64,000 nt of DNA from a virus (IMGVR_UViG_3300027815_000003:32001-96000), one strand, 5' to 3'; positions 20,201 to 29,359 are shown, counted from the first letter of the stretch. The notes: generated from the letters alone by a model not told the origin. A program made the numbers and translations.

Positions 20201-22499
20201 CATCTAATTGTTTCTCTTTTATTTTATTAAAATATTCTTCATGGTATTTCACTCTTACTGGATGATATGACATTGGAATATTTCCATCTGGGTGATTTGT
20301 TGGTGTATTAGATTCTGTATGATTATGTAATCCAGAACCTTGCGCCTCTATTGCAATAAACTCACTTTTTTGTAATGGTACTTCTTCAAAAGTATCTCTA
20401 TTTATTTTATGTGTAAAATTTACACTATTGATATCAAAGGCAATTACCTCATTGGATGGAACAGAATTAGAATATTTATCATCTATAATATTGTTCAAAA
20501 TAAGACCGTCATAACCAGAACTTTTAGCCTTATCTATTAATTTTTTCATTGGCAAATTTAACCAAGATACATTTTTAACATCAATTACAAATGGATTTTT
20601 TAATGAAACTTCTCCAGAATAAATATTTTTGCCATACCCATGTGCAGATGTCCAATTATCAGTTAAAAATACACCCTCACCAGTTTCCGAAACATTTACT
20701 TTTGGATTTATGAAATCTGAATCAGAACCATGAAAAATTTTTGCAACAATAGGCTCCCCAGTTTTAGCTTTATGTAATTCTGGAATTTTTTTCGGTTTAT
20801 TTATATTTTCTTGTTTTGCCTGTTCTTTATATTTATTGTGTTGTTCAATAAAATAATCTGGATGATTTTCAACAGATATTGGATGCCTATACCATCCATC
20901 ATGTTCATGTGTTGGTGCAACGCCAGGAACCCCAGCTTCTATCTTAATACTTTTTTGTAAATATTTTTCCTTTACATATTTTAATGCTTCATCTTTATTT
21001 GTTAAAACACCATTTTCTTGTTTATCTTTTATATCTAAAAGAACATTACCTAATTCTTTCCCAGTTTTCATACCTAAGCCAAGTAGATCATTGCCAGTAA
21101 TTAATGGAATTACTTTACCACTTTCTGTCACACCAAATTGTTTAGAAACTTCTTCTAGTTTATTATTAAACCAATCTATTTCTTCTTTTCCAGGATTTAT
21201 TACTGTCCCGTCTTCATTTCTATGTAATCTACCCGTAACATCTGCCTCTGATACGGCAGATAATAATTGAAGTTTGTGCATTCCGTATTTATTTATAGCT
21301 TTTCTAAAAGCCGAATCAGAAGCTCCATCTCCATGAAAAGAAGCTGGCATTAAATGATGTTCTACTATAAATAAAACATTATCTACAATATCAGATTCAT
21401 TAGTTAATTTATCTAAAAATTTCTTAGCAGGTTCTACACCAGCCTCTTCGTGTCCTGGTTGAACTGGATAACCCTTATCACTTATTTTTGTAACTAGAGG
21501 TTTACCAATATCATGTAATAAAGAAGCATACATTATTATTTGTTTGTCTTTTAAATCTGTAAATCTTTTCGCAATTTCTGTAGCTTTATCAACAGTTAAA
21601 AGTATATGGTTCCATACATTTCCTTCTGCATGATAATCTGGTCTTTGTTCTGTTTCATGTAAAACATAAAATTCTGGATAATATCTTCTTAATACATCCA
21701 TAGAATCTAAAGCCTCTAATCCAACAGAAGGTTTAGGAGATTTTAATAATAATTTATTAAACTCTTCAAAAATTCTTTCTTTGGGAAGCTGAGATAAATC
21801 CATAGATGATGCTAATTTTATTGTTTCTGGAGCAATTGTAAATCCAAATCTAGCAGCAAACTGAGATGCACGATATACTCTTAATGCATCTTCCACAAAT
21901 GTTTTATCATCTATATGTCTGATAACTTTATTTTTTAAATCTTCTTCTCCTCCAAAAAAATCTAGCAATTGATTAGATTTTATATCAAACATTAATGCAT
22001 TTATTGTAAAATCACGTCTTCGTGCGGCACTCTCTGGTTGCATAAATGGATCTTCGGTTACTTCAAAATCTGTATGTTTTTCACCAATTTTTGATTCTTT
22101 TCTTGGTAAAGAAATATCAAAATTACCCACTTTAAATACAGCAAATTGAGCACCCACCTGCTCACTTTTTGCTCCCAATTCGTTATTTAATATATATCCT
22201 AATTTGTCTTTAGGAATTCCATAAACTTCTATATCAAAATCTTTAGGAGCAATTCCAAGTAAGGCATCTCTTACACCACCACCTACTAAACAAGGATTGC
22301 CATATTTTGATAAAACATTTGTTACTTTCGTTAAATCTACATCATTAAAAATAAATTGTTGTATATTTTTAACCGCAGTAAAAAAATCTTGATGATAAAC
22401 CACTCTTACAGGATGCTCTAACCAGCCATCATGTTTATGATAAGCAACTTTTTGCTTCATTATTAAGTTTTCCAGTATATTTAATTTATTTATTGTCAT
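17268..22499 (-). CDS. cca: 1743-aa polyvalent protein: CCA-adding enzyme/HD + ART-like + two zincin metallopeptidases + GNAT
   Basis: LVGGGVRD..DFDIE, RRDFTINA, EDALRVYRA..F, HD motif LLHDIGK (~20960-22340); FHGS..GEGVFLT..YG (~20410-20760); HEIGH at 19467-19481 and 18546-18560 each with EFFAE; QGKGI..GCYAWALQGYDF (~17540-17800). Confidence 0.88.
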   Translation of the reverse strand: MTINKLNILENLIMKQKVAYHKHDGWLEHPVRVVYHQDFFTAVKNIQQFIFNDVDLTKVTNVLSKYGNPCLVGGGVRDALLGIAPKDFDIEVYGIPKDKLGYILNNELGAKSEQVGAQFAVFKVGNFDISLPRKESKIGEKHTDFEVTEDPFMQPESAARRRDFTINALMFDIKSNQLLDFFGGEEDLKNKVIRHIDDKTFVEDALRVYRASQFAARFGFTIAPETIKLASSMDLSQLPKERIFEEFNKLLLKSPKPSVGLEALDSMDVLRRYYPEFYVLHETEQRPDYHAEGNVWNHILLTVDKATEIAKRFTDLKDKQIIMYASLLHDIGKPLVTKISDKGYPVQPGHEEAGVEPAKKFLDKLTNESDIVDNVLFIVEHHLMPASFHGDGASDSAFRKAINKYGMHKLQLLSAVSEADVTGRLHRNEDGTVINPGKEEIDWFNNKLEEVSKQFGVTESGKVIPLITGNDLLGLGMKTGKELGNVLLDIKDKQENGVLTNKDEALKYVKEKYLQKSIKIEAGVPGVAPTHEHDGWYRHPISVENHPDYFIEQHNKYKEQAKQENINKPKKIPELHKAKTGEPIVAKIFHGSDSDFINPKVNVSETGEGVFLTDNWTSAHGYGKNIYSGEVSLKNPFVIDVKNVSWLNLPMKKLIDKAKSSGYDGLILNNIIDDKYSNSVPSNEVIAFDINSVNFTHKINRDTFEEVPLQKSEFIAIEAQGSGLHNHTESNTPTNHPDGNIPMSYHPVRVKYHEEYFNKIKEKQLDESLRRFEEKNKLRYKNNGEQKLPINWLFNKVVDFIGNKTDLSELDKTIIKERIFNAATWDYQFYYPKNDKDFGINEQERVLVVPFGFNGDTYHIYLTKDENIFFRKVENNVRPQDSPVFNFGVPSNDDYKLDHHITEKRYDKDGNTEDFEIGRRRDILENKIQDQDKRVFYDKNYDAIISWVPSDHLHKFTGISLNPNDFVEKEVGIYKGEIKKMQYIGFFHPINNGIELYGDADYFSLIHEIGHAVHLSTIGRILGMDLMEENHKLFEEASDRNMGFPSNYSKTNEREFFAECYASYLTSKTSFKDRNYKAFLFMEKVFEHMKGIDDNYLNFGIAKSENKEKESIGDPKGVGRFEEGLPNLGKDEQIEKQFTPKNFNPIRTLTSAFKHETSGKLAQHTHEEHPQNHPDGNMIFPLHPVSVDFHQRWFEEQKEKQGKTGEVQNRGDLFKPSEFELERRKTLYKQLVVDDFSKDMFNGPHYKNIISGGPPASHLLKISKISISNEYWLDNEEDVVKNLGKGIKSISGIYYPDNNSIRLSKGADSFDLIHEIGHSLLHGTVGRQVKDRYFDKIESIYDHCINTDSGFPTDYAREDAYEFFAECYASFVTQNKHFQKRNRQMYDAVHEIFEYFRDADDVFLSTGILKSEDNKKIFIDPKGVGIFNPNLPDLIEDGSEEKIENQNPPRPGLVPQSGDWQHPDRWVLPEEAEKYKEESVKTEEPKKKPVQLHSTLQTSKSMYDKDIRSFSKGNWGLDTIQNMFASNMDNVDVEMTQLTNSLDVEMSISFDLLDNTKERTPSSGGPFGSMVRTFSRELDNKGIQRIIIKHDQLSLLKSYQGKGISSKLLDSMEDEYKKNGVYAIDLDTDEIGCYAWALQGYDFVSKYNLDKIKNHFIKTLRIKLSKNIINQVQFEKMIKEVGNFTHSWEFASWNPTKTQWGKHIGKAWLLNTPWRGRKILSDDNEGYRIGKQYRERKNATTKI

Positions 22500-22974
22500 T
22501 TAGATAAACAATCATATTATTGAGAGATTTTATATCTTCATTTAAAATACCAATAGCTTGATTACAATTGTTGCAAAGTAACCCACGTACCTTACCAGTA
22601 ATATGGTCATGATCAATACAACACCTTATTTTTTTTGTCAAAATATTTCCACATATAAGACATAAATTACATTGTTGAATTACCAAAAAATTATATTCTT
22701 CTATAGTCAAATTATATAATTTTTTAAGCCTATATTTTAAATATCTATCATCAGATAATTCAGAATGATTACTTCTTTTTGTGGCATCTTTACCTTTATT
22801 AGAAAGATAATATCTTAAATCTTTTTCTTTACCTTTATTACTTTTACGATATTTACTTCTGGTATTATAAAAACAAATTTTACATCTTAGACTTAGGATA
22901 TTATATTTAACTCCTCTATCATTATCAATATTTATTTCATGCATATTTTTACAATACAATATATCTTCAGTCAT
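22486..22974 (-). CDS. endonuclease VII-like HNH nuclease
   Basis: CIDHDHITGKVRGLLCNNCN. Confidence 0.88.
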   Translation of the reverse strand: MTEDILYCKNMHEINIDNDRGVKYNILSLRCKICFYNTRSKYRKSNKGKEKDLRYYLSNKGKDATKRSNHSELSDDRYLKYRLKKLYNLTIEEYNFLVIQQCNLCLICGNILTKKIRCCIDHDHITGKVRGLLCNNCNQAIGILNEDIKSLNNMIVYLNDNK

Positions 22975-23404
22975 TATTACTATCCAAATATTTTATAGCA
23001 TTATTTATAATTTCAGGATTTTCTTTAAATAAACCTAATCCAGTATTACAATCTTTACATAATAATCCTCTAACATTATTTCTAATATGATCATGATCTA
23101 TACAACAAATTATTTCTTTATCAAACAACCTTCCACAAATTAAACAAGAATTACACTGTGTCATAATTAAAACTAAATATTGTTCAAAAGAAATGTTATA
23201 TTCATTTTTTAGCCATGAATTAACCAAATTACCAGATTCTTTTCTTTTTAATACGTTCTCTTTTCCCTTTTCAGAATTATTATATTTATCAGATGATTTT
23301 TTCTTAGTTAAACAATAACATAGTTTACATCTATTGCTTAGTTCTTTATATTTTTCCCCTCTATCATTATTTCCATCTATTAAATGATTATGTTTACAAT
23401 ACAT
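22967..23404 (-). CDS. endonuclease VII-like HNH nuclease (paralog of neighbour)
   Basis: CIDHDHIRNNVRGLLCKDCN. Confidence 0.88.
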   Translation of the reverse strand: MYCKHNHLIDGNNDRGEKYKELSNRCKLCYCLTKKKSSDKYNNSEKGKENVLKRKESGNLVNSWLKNEYNISFEQYLVLIMTQCNSCLICGRLFDKEIICCIDHDHIRNNVRGLLCKDCNTGLGLFKENPEIINNAIKYLDSNND

Positions 23405-23422
23405 TTTAAGTTTTCTAGGATT

Positions 23423-24454
23423 TTAGTTTTTGAAAGCACCAATATAATACTCTAATTTTTCTTCATTTTCAGATATAATAGATTTGTTTATTTTCCACCA
23501 GTTTATTCTATCTATTAAATCCATTTTTCTTATTTCTTGTATTTCATTATTCCAATTACTTTTTTCTACATCTTTTGTAAAATCTTTTACTATTATTTTT
23601 TTATCTTTATCCCAAACTTCTATTCTATCAAATTCAAATTCGTCTTGTGGTATCTCTTTATTAGGTAATTCTTCATCTTTTTCTATATATTTTAATGTAA
23701 TATGTGGTGTAAAAATTGGGAAATCGTTACTTACAATTAATCTTTTTTCTTCCATTACTGGGATGAGTGCATTTCTCCATTCGTCTATTCCAGGAATAAC
23801 AAGTGTCGCAACTACTGCAGATTTAACATCACTTTCTTTTGTCCCAAATTTTTCTAACTTCCCAGTTAATTTACCAATAGAAGGGGGTAAAGAGAAACTA
23901 GATATAATTTCTACTACATTAGAATTCCAGGGATAAGGAAGAAAAACAAGAGTAACATGCATATTCTCTTTTTTCTCTCCACCATCTATATATAATTTAT
24001 CTTTTATGTTTTGTGGGGGGATTAATACAATAACTCCACCTTTATAATCTATTTTATTATCATCTTTTACTTTAGTTTGAGATAACTCATTACTTTTTTT
24101 TGGTTTATCTACTTTATTACCGCTTCCTATTTTAACCCATCTAGTTCCCCAAGTAATACCCTTTGCTGTTTTTATTGGAACTTTTCTTTTTATTAATTTT
24201 GATCTATCTCTATGTGGTGCGGAGTCTATTCTGGGTCTACCTTCCATAGTTTCTGGGATAGTATGTTGTTTATTCAAAGTTTCTACAAATTCATCTAGCT
24301 TTTTCTTTTTTTTATCTGGGCCAAGTCCAAATGTAGGGGTAAAAACATTACTATCTGTAGTTACAAAACTACCAGAATCACCACCATCTTGTTTTTGGAT
24401 ATCTTCTTCTTTGTTTTTTATTAATTCAATAAATTTATTTAACTGTTCTCCCAT
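23423..24454 (-). CDS. 2H phosphoesterase (2'-5' RNA ligase-like) with N-terminal extension
   Basis: Two HxT motifs: MHVTLVFL and TPHITLKY. Confidence 0.85.
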   Translation of the reverse strand: MGEQLNKFIELIKNKEEDIQKQDGGDSGSFVTTDSNVFTPTFGLGPDKKKKKLDEFVETLNKQHTIPETMEGRPRIDSAPHRDRSKLIKRKVPIKTAKGITWGTRWVKIGSGNKVDKPKKSNELSQTKVKDDNKIDYKGGVIVLIPPQNIKDKLYIDGGEKKENMHVTLVFLPYPWNSNVVEIISSFSLPPSIGKLTGKLEKFGTKESDVKSAVVATLVIPGIDEWRNALIPVMEEKRLIVSNDFPIFTPHITLKYIEKDEELPNKEIPQDEFEFDRIEVWDKDKKIIVKDFTKDVEKSNWNNEIQEIRKMDLIDRINWWKINKSIISENEEKLEYYIGAFKN

Positions 24455-24459
24455 ATTTA

Positions 24460-27400
24460 TTATTCCTCTTCAAAATAATCATTATCTAATGGTTTCTTGG
24501 GTATAAGTTTAGGTCTAATAGGTTGGGTCTGAACTGGTCTTTGTATATTAATTTCTTCAATTTTTATTAATTTACCAATAGCATCAAAAGAAGATACATA
24601 ATCTTTCCCATTCATTACAAAATAAACTCTATTCCCTTCATTATTAACATATTTTATTACTGGTGCGGTATACCCAGAACTAATTATTTGATTTATCCAC
24701 CCTCTTTGTTGTGTATCTACATCTGTAGAAAGGGCAATAGGAGGTGTAGATTCACCACCACCAATATCATCAGTACCAGTTGGATTAGTACCACCGAACA
24801 TAGCTTGTTGTGGATTCATTGCTTTACCAGAAACAATAAAATCAATATCATCAACACTACTTCCACTAGAGCGGATTTCCACATTAAATCCCATATTATG
24901 TAATTGGGAAGCTATTGCAGTTCTTTGTTGTGCAAAAGCAATTCTAGTCTGTTCTGATTTTTCTTCTGGTTGTGGTAAATATAATATCCAATCTGTTATT
25001 CCAAAAGCATAAAGAATTTTAGGGAATACTTTTTCGTGATATATTCTTTGATATCCTTCAACAACACGAGACATGACCACAAGCTGCTGGCTCTGTGAAC
25101 CGATACCACCACCAGAATCGGATGATGCCTGCCATACTGGAGTAACACCCCAAATTTCTGCAATTCTTTCTCTTATTTCTTGACGAACTGGTAAATACTC
25201 CATCTCTTGTAAAGTATGGAATAATCTTACCATATCAACACGACCTCTTTGATTTCTAGAGGATACCGCAACCATAGGGATATAATTATTATCCTGTCTG
25301 GTTTTGTTTTCCATTTCCTTTTGTGCTTTACGAACACTCTCAGGATCGTCCGTAAATACCATTATCATGGAATTTTTTCCCCAAACAGATTTACCATTTC
25401 TTCTTATAAATAAATTACCATGTGGAATTTCGACACAATAAACTTTACCATTATAATCTATCCATTCGTCATCATTTCTTTGTGTATTGACAGCTGCATT
25501 AAGAACTTTGGTAGAAAATTCCAAATAGTACATTCTATGCCAAGAAGGGTGCTCTGGGAAATCAATTATTCTATAATTACATGCCATTCCCAATTTAATA
25601 GCTATTTCCATTAAATCGTCTTTTAGCTGTATAGAACTTGTACAACAAACATCACCAAGTACCCAAGCATCAAATAATATTCTAAGTTGATCCTTAGATA
25701 ACGATAAATATTCTTTGGGAATAAATCTATCTACAGAATGACCAAATTGTTTTACATAATTTGATAATCTTACATCGTCGCAATGAAAACCACCTTTATC
25801 TACTCTCCATTTAAAAGGAAGTTCATTTAAATCTTTTTCTATTATAATTCGTTTATCTGGTGTTGTTTGTGCTATTGTAACACAAGTTTTTCTTACGCTA
25901 CCTTCTGATAAATAATAACCAAGAAATTTTAACCAAGAATTCATATTAATAATTAATTCTGGGTGATAGACTTCTTTATTAAAAGTAGGAAGAATAAATT
26001 TTTCATTATTATTAAATTCTTTAATATCATTATAAACATAATTATCAACACTTCTTTTTAATTCATTTCTATGTTTAGAATTATACTTAGAATCAATTTG
26101 TAAAAATGATACAGCAGTATCAACGAAAATCTTTTGAATATCAATTGGCAATAACTTGATATAATCTAATAGTTTTACTTTATCTATTTTATATAGAGAT
26201 AACCAATCATATAGTTGTTTACTACATGCTGATATTTTCGCATCACCATTTACCCAATTAAGTTTTATATTAGATATTATTTCCATTACTTTATCTAGAT
26301 AAACTTTATTTTTACCAGTAGATAAATAAACACGATTACCATTAACTATATAACCAAGAGAATACCAACAACCTAAAAATTTAGCCCAATCAACATAAGA
26401 CAAATTTATTTCATCCACATATCCATTAATATGGGAACCTTCTCTTAACACAAAATTATCTTTATTCTCTCCATTCCATTTAGCCCCACCACGAAGATGA
26501 TAAAGTTTTTTACCTTTTGCTTCTTCAGCCGTAATAGTAAAAAACTTTCCCACACTCCCGCTTTGTTTTTTAACCATCATTCTATGATTTGGTGTAACCA
26601 ATAAATTTATATAATGATTCTTTACAGAATACATTTTTCCATTATAATCATATTCATATACTTTATTGGGTTTTTCATATAATAAATTTTTATCATCATC
26701 TATTGTTATAAATTCACTATTATAATCAATATCTTTAAAATACTTCCAACCATCTTTTGTTAAAACTTCTGTTTGTTCATCATAACAGGCTGGCATTTTA
26801 CGGTTCCAAAAATAATTATACATATTTGAGTCCATCCCGATTAACGTCATCGCTTTATCCATGATAGTAAACACTGGACTTATACCCCAAAGTTCACCTG
26901 GGGTTAAATGTGAGGCATGTATAATCTCTGAATCAGTTAAATAGACATCTTTTCCCCTATGATGTAAGATATACATTGCTGGAACTAATTTTCTTCCGCA
27001 CTGTAAACAATTACCAGGTAATGAAGAAATTTCTTCATCTCTATGTAAATAACAAATAAAATGATTATTTTTAGGAAGTCCTTTTGCGTCTAGATCAAAG
27101 TCTATATCGGCTGGACTCATATTCCTTATTTCTATAACTTTAGAACGAACACTTCCCGTAATATCATCACTAAAATACTCTTTTACAACATAAAGGAGAC
27201 CATCATCTAATACCGCTAAATTAATATTAAATGCTTTTAATATTTCTTCAAACGAATTATCAAAAATATTAGCATCATTTAAATATAAATTAAATCTCTC
27301 TTTTTGTTTTTCATCTGGTTTAACTAAAGATTCGCTTCCGCATTTTTCGCATAATTCTTTTGTTTCACTATATTCTGTATTACAATTTTCACATTTTACA

Positions 27401-27708
27401 ACAAAACGAGGCTTCCAGGTTATCCCTCTTCTAAATACTTCCGAAGTTACATGCTGTATCGGGGCGCGAATTTCTGAAACTCTTGCATATAAACGAATAA
27501 ATTCTCTTAATGTCTGCATTCTTGCAGGCCCCTGATAAATACCATAAACACCCCAGTTCATGGTAACATCATTACCTATCGTTGGGGATTGAGCAGTTTC
27601 ATTTATAGCTTTTGTTATATTAACAAATTCAGTAATTTCATTTAACTTAGAAGTAGCCTTACTGAATTCTGACATTTCTGGAAATAAATCTTTTACCTTT
27701 TTAACCAT
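24460..27708 (-). CDS. portal protein with intein
   Basis: Portal-like IIHASHLTP..WGISP and RERIAEIWGVTPVW; zinc-ribbon insertions; intein at aa 308-779. Confidence 0.8.
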   Translation of the reverse strand: MVKKVKDLFPEMSEFSKATSKLNEITEFVNITKAINETAQSPTIGNDVTMNWGVYGIYQGPARMQTLREFIRLYARVSEIRAPIQHVTSEVFRRGITWKPRFVVKCENCNTEYSETKELCEKCGSESLVKPDEKQKERFNLYLNDANIFDNSFEEILKAFNINLAVLDDGLLYVVKEYFSDDITGSVRSKVIEIRNMSPADIDFDLDAKGLPKNNHFICYLHRDEEISSLPGNCLQCGRKLVPAMYILHHRGKDVYLTDSEIIHASHLTPGELWGISPVFTIMDKAMTLIGMDSNMYNYFWNRKMPACYDEQTEVLTKDGWKYFKDIDYNSEFITIDDDKNLLYEKPNKVYEYDYNGKMYSVKNHYINLLVTPNHRMMVKKQSGSVGKFFTITAEEAKGKKLYHLRGGAKWNGENKDNFVLREGSHINGYVDEINLSYVDWAKFLGCWYSLGYIVNGNRVYLSTGKNKVYLDKVMEIISNIKLNWVNGDAKISACSKQLYDWLSLYKIDKVKLLDYIKLLPIDIQKIFVDTAVSFLQIDSKYNSKHRNELKRSVDNYVYNDIKEFNNNEKFILPTFNKEVYHPELIINMNSWLKFLGYYLSEGSVRKTCVTIAQTTPDKRIIIEKDLNELPFKWRVDKGGFHCDDVRLSNYVKQFGHSVDRFIPKEYLSLSKDQLRILFDAWVLGDVCCTSSIQLKDDLMEIAIKLGMACNYRIIDFPEHPSWHRMYYLEFSTKVLNAAVNTQRNDDEWIDYNGKVYCVEIPHGNLFIRRNGKSVWGKNSMIMVFTDDPESVRKAQKEMENKTRQDNNYIPMVAVSSRNQRGRVDMVRLFHTLQEMEYLPVRQEIRERIAEIWGVTPVWQASSDSGGGIGSQSQQLVVMSRVVEGYQRIYHEKVFPKILYAFGITDWILYLPQPEEKSEQTRIAFAQQRTAIASQLHNMGFNVEIRSSGSSVDDIDFIVSGKAMNPQQAMFGGTNPTGTDDIGGGESTPPIALSTDVDTQQRGWINQIISSGYTAPVIKYVNNEGNRVYFVMNGKDYVSSFDAIGKLIKIEEINIQRPVQTQPIRPKLIPKKPLDNDYFEEE
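25372..26787 (-). mobile_element. intein (472 aa) in portal
   Basis: Starts CYDEQTEVLT, block B VTPNHRM, ends VYCVEIPHGNLFIRRNGKSVWGKN followed by Ser. Confidence 0.9.
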
Positions 27709-27714
27709 ATTCTA

Positions 27715-28128
27715 TTATTTTTGAACAGCATCCATACCAATTATTTTTAGAATACTATCCATTCCTCTCATTTTTAATTGTGCGCTTTCTGTTATAGTTA
27801 ATTTAGATTCTAATTCTAATATTTTTTTATCTTTAACTAATAATTCATTTTTTAAACTATCTACCTCTTCTGTGTTTTTTTCTTCATCTGAAAAATTCAT
27901 TTTTTGGAGTAAATTAAGATTTTTAGCCTCTTTCATTAATTCAAAAAATGCACTTTCAGTTAAGATGGTAACACAAGGATGGTCATCTAAAGGTAAATCA
28001 TCATCTTGTGACAATGTATCCCAAACAGGATCATTTAGATCATAAATTCTCCATGTTTTTGTAATTTTATCCATATCTACCATATATGGAGATCCTTTAC
28101 TTTTTGCTAATGCTCTCGCTTCTCCCAT
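27715..28128 (-). CDS. hypothetical protein
   Basis: ORF track. Confidence 0.6.
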   Translation of the reverse strand: MGEARALAKSKGSPYMVDMDKITKTWRIYDLNDPVWDTLSQDDDLPLDDHPCVTILTESAFFELMKEAKNLNLLQKMNFSDEEKNTEEVDSLKNELLVKDKKILELESKLTITESAQLKMRGMDSILKIIGMDAVQK

Positions 28129-28214
28129 TTAATTTATTCTCCTTATTATATTATACCATATTTTTTTAGTTATTTAAATCTAATCACATTTATTCCATCC
28201 GCATTTTTTACACT

Positions 28215-29147
28215 TCATAAAATAAATTCATTTAACTTACTCAATAATTTATCTAATAATTTGTCCGACTTAATTTCATTATACCACACAACTAATGTTT
28301 CATATCCGAATTTTCTAAAATGTTCTATTCTCTGTGTTTCTTCTTCTGGTTTGTGCCAATATTCTCCAAATAATTCAATCAATTTTTTATTATCATCATC
28401 AACAAAATCTGGACATTTTCCTCCCAAAATCAATTTTCCATCTCCAACAAATTTATATTTATTAGGAAAATTATAACTTAAAATTTTTAGTAGTAATAAT
28501 TCAGCTTTATTTGGGGAAATACTGCTTTTCCTGATTAAATTTCTAACATAATCCTCATCTTGCCATAATTGTTTTATACTAACAGATAGCAATTTTCTCG
28601 TTTTATCTGTTACTTCATGCCCCATATGTCCTTCTGAATTATGTCTCTTCCTCTCATCTGAATGTTTTTTACCCCTTTGTTTATTTGCTCTTTTTATAAC
28701 ACTTTCTATTGGCTGTTTTCTTCCTTTAGATTTTATCCCTATTTTTATTTTTTGCGCTTCAGATTCTTCTCTCCCTCTACATCCATGTCCAGATACATAT
28801 TTGTTTTTGCAATAATTTCCACAACCACATTGGCATAAATTATTTTTAACCTGTTTACTTCTTAGTTCTCTTATCTCTGCCACTCTACAAAATTTACAAT
28901 TATAATTTAATCCATCTTTTGTATTTTTAAGTTTACCAAATTCATTCTTACTTTTTATAATTTTACATTTAGAACATTTTTTAAATCCATCTAATATGAT
29001 TGGTTTTTCTGGGATAAAACCATATTTTTTGATATATTGATAATTAGATTTACATATTTTACAACAAGATCTAGTGCCATTTTTACCATTTCCTTTATTA
29101 AACTCGCTTTCATCTTTTTCAATTTTACATTTTGTACAAACTTTCAT
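28215..29147 (-). CDS. cassette 1 endonuclease: Cys repeats + Vsr-like domain
   Basis: MKVCTKCKIEKDESEF repeats, CQCGCG, CPDFVD..IELFGEYWH. Confidence 0.85.
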   Translation of the reverse strand: MKVCTKCKIEKDESEFNKGNGKNGTRSCCKICKSNYQYIKKYGFIPEKPIILDGFKKCSKCKIIKSKNEFGKLKNTKDGLNYNCKFCRVAEIRELRSKQVKNNLCQCGCGNYCKNKYVSGHGCRGREESEAQKIKIGIKSKGRKQPIESVIKRANKQRGKKHSDERKRHNSEGHMGHEVTDKTRKLLSVSIKQLWQDEDYVRNLIRKSSISPNKAELLLLKILSYNFPNKYKFVGDGKLILGGKCPDFVDDDNKKLIELFGEYWHKPEEETQRIEHFRKFGYETLVVWYNEIKSDKLLDKLLSKLNEFIL

Positions 29148-29206
29148 ATTTCATTTCACTCTCCTTATATATATAATATCATACTTTTTATATATAAGAA
29201 ATGTTT

Positions 29207-29359
29207 TTATTGATATTTTTGTACTAAATCATAAATTGCTTCATCAAGAAGTCTGGACATCGGAATTTTTAATTGTTTTGAAAGTTGTTGTAAAAGAAGA
29301 ACGGTTCTTTTATCAAGGGTATTACTAACTCGTATTCTGGTTTTTAGATCATTTTTCAT
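29207..29359 (-). CDS. cassette 1 ribbon-helix-helix protein (50 aa), not in ORF track
   Basis: MKNDLKTRIRVSNTLDKRTVLLLQQLSKQLKIPMSRLLDEAIYDLVQKYQ. Confidence 0.88.
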   Translation of the reverse strand: MKNDLKTRIRVSNTLDKRTVLLLQQLSKQLKIPMSRLLDEAIYDLVQKYQ

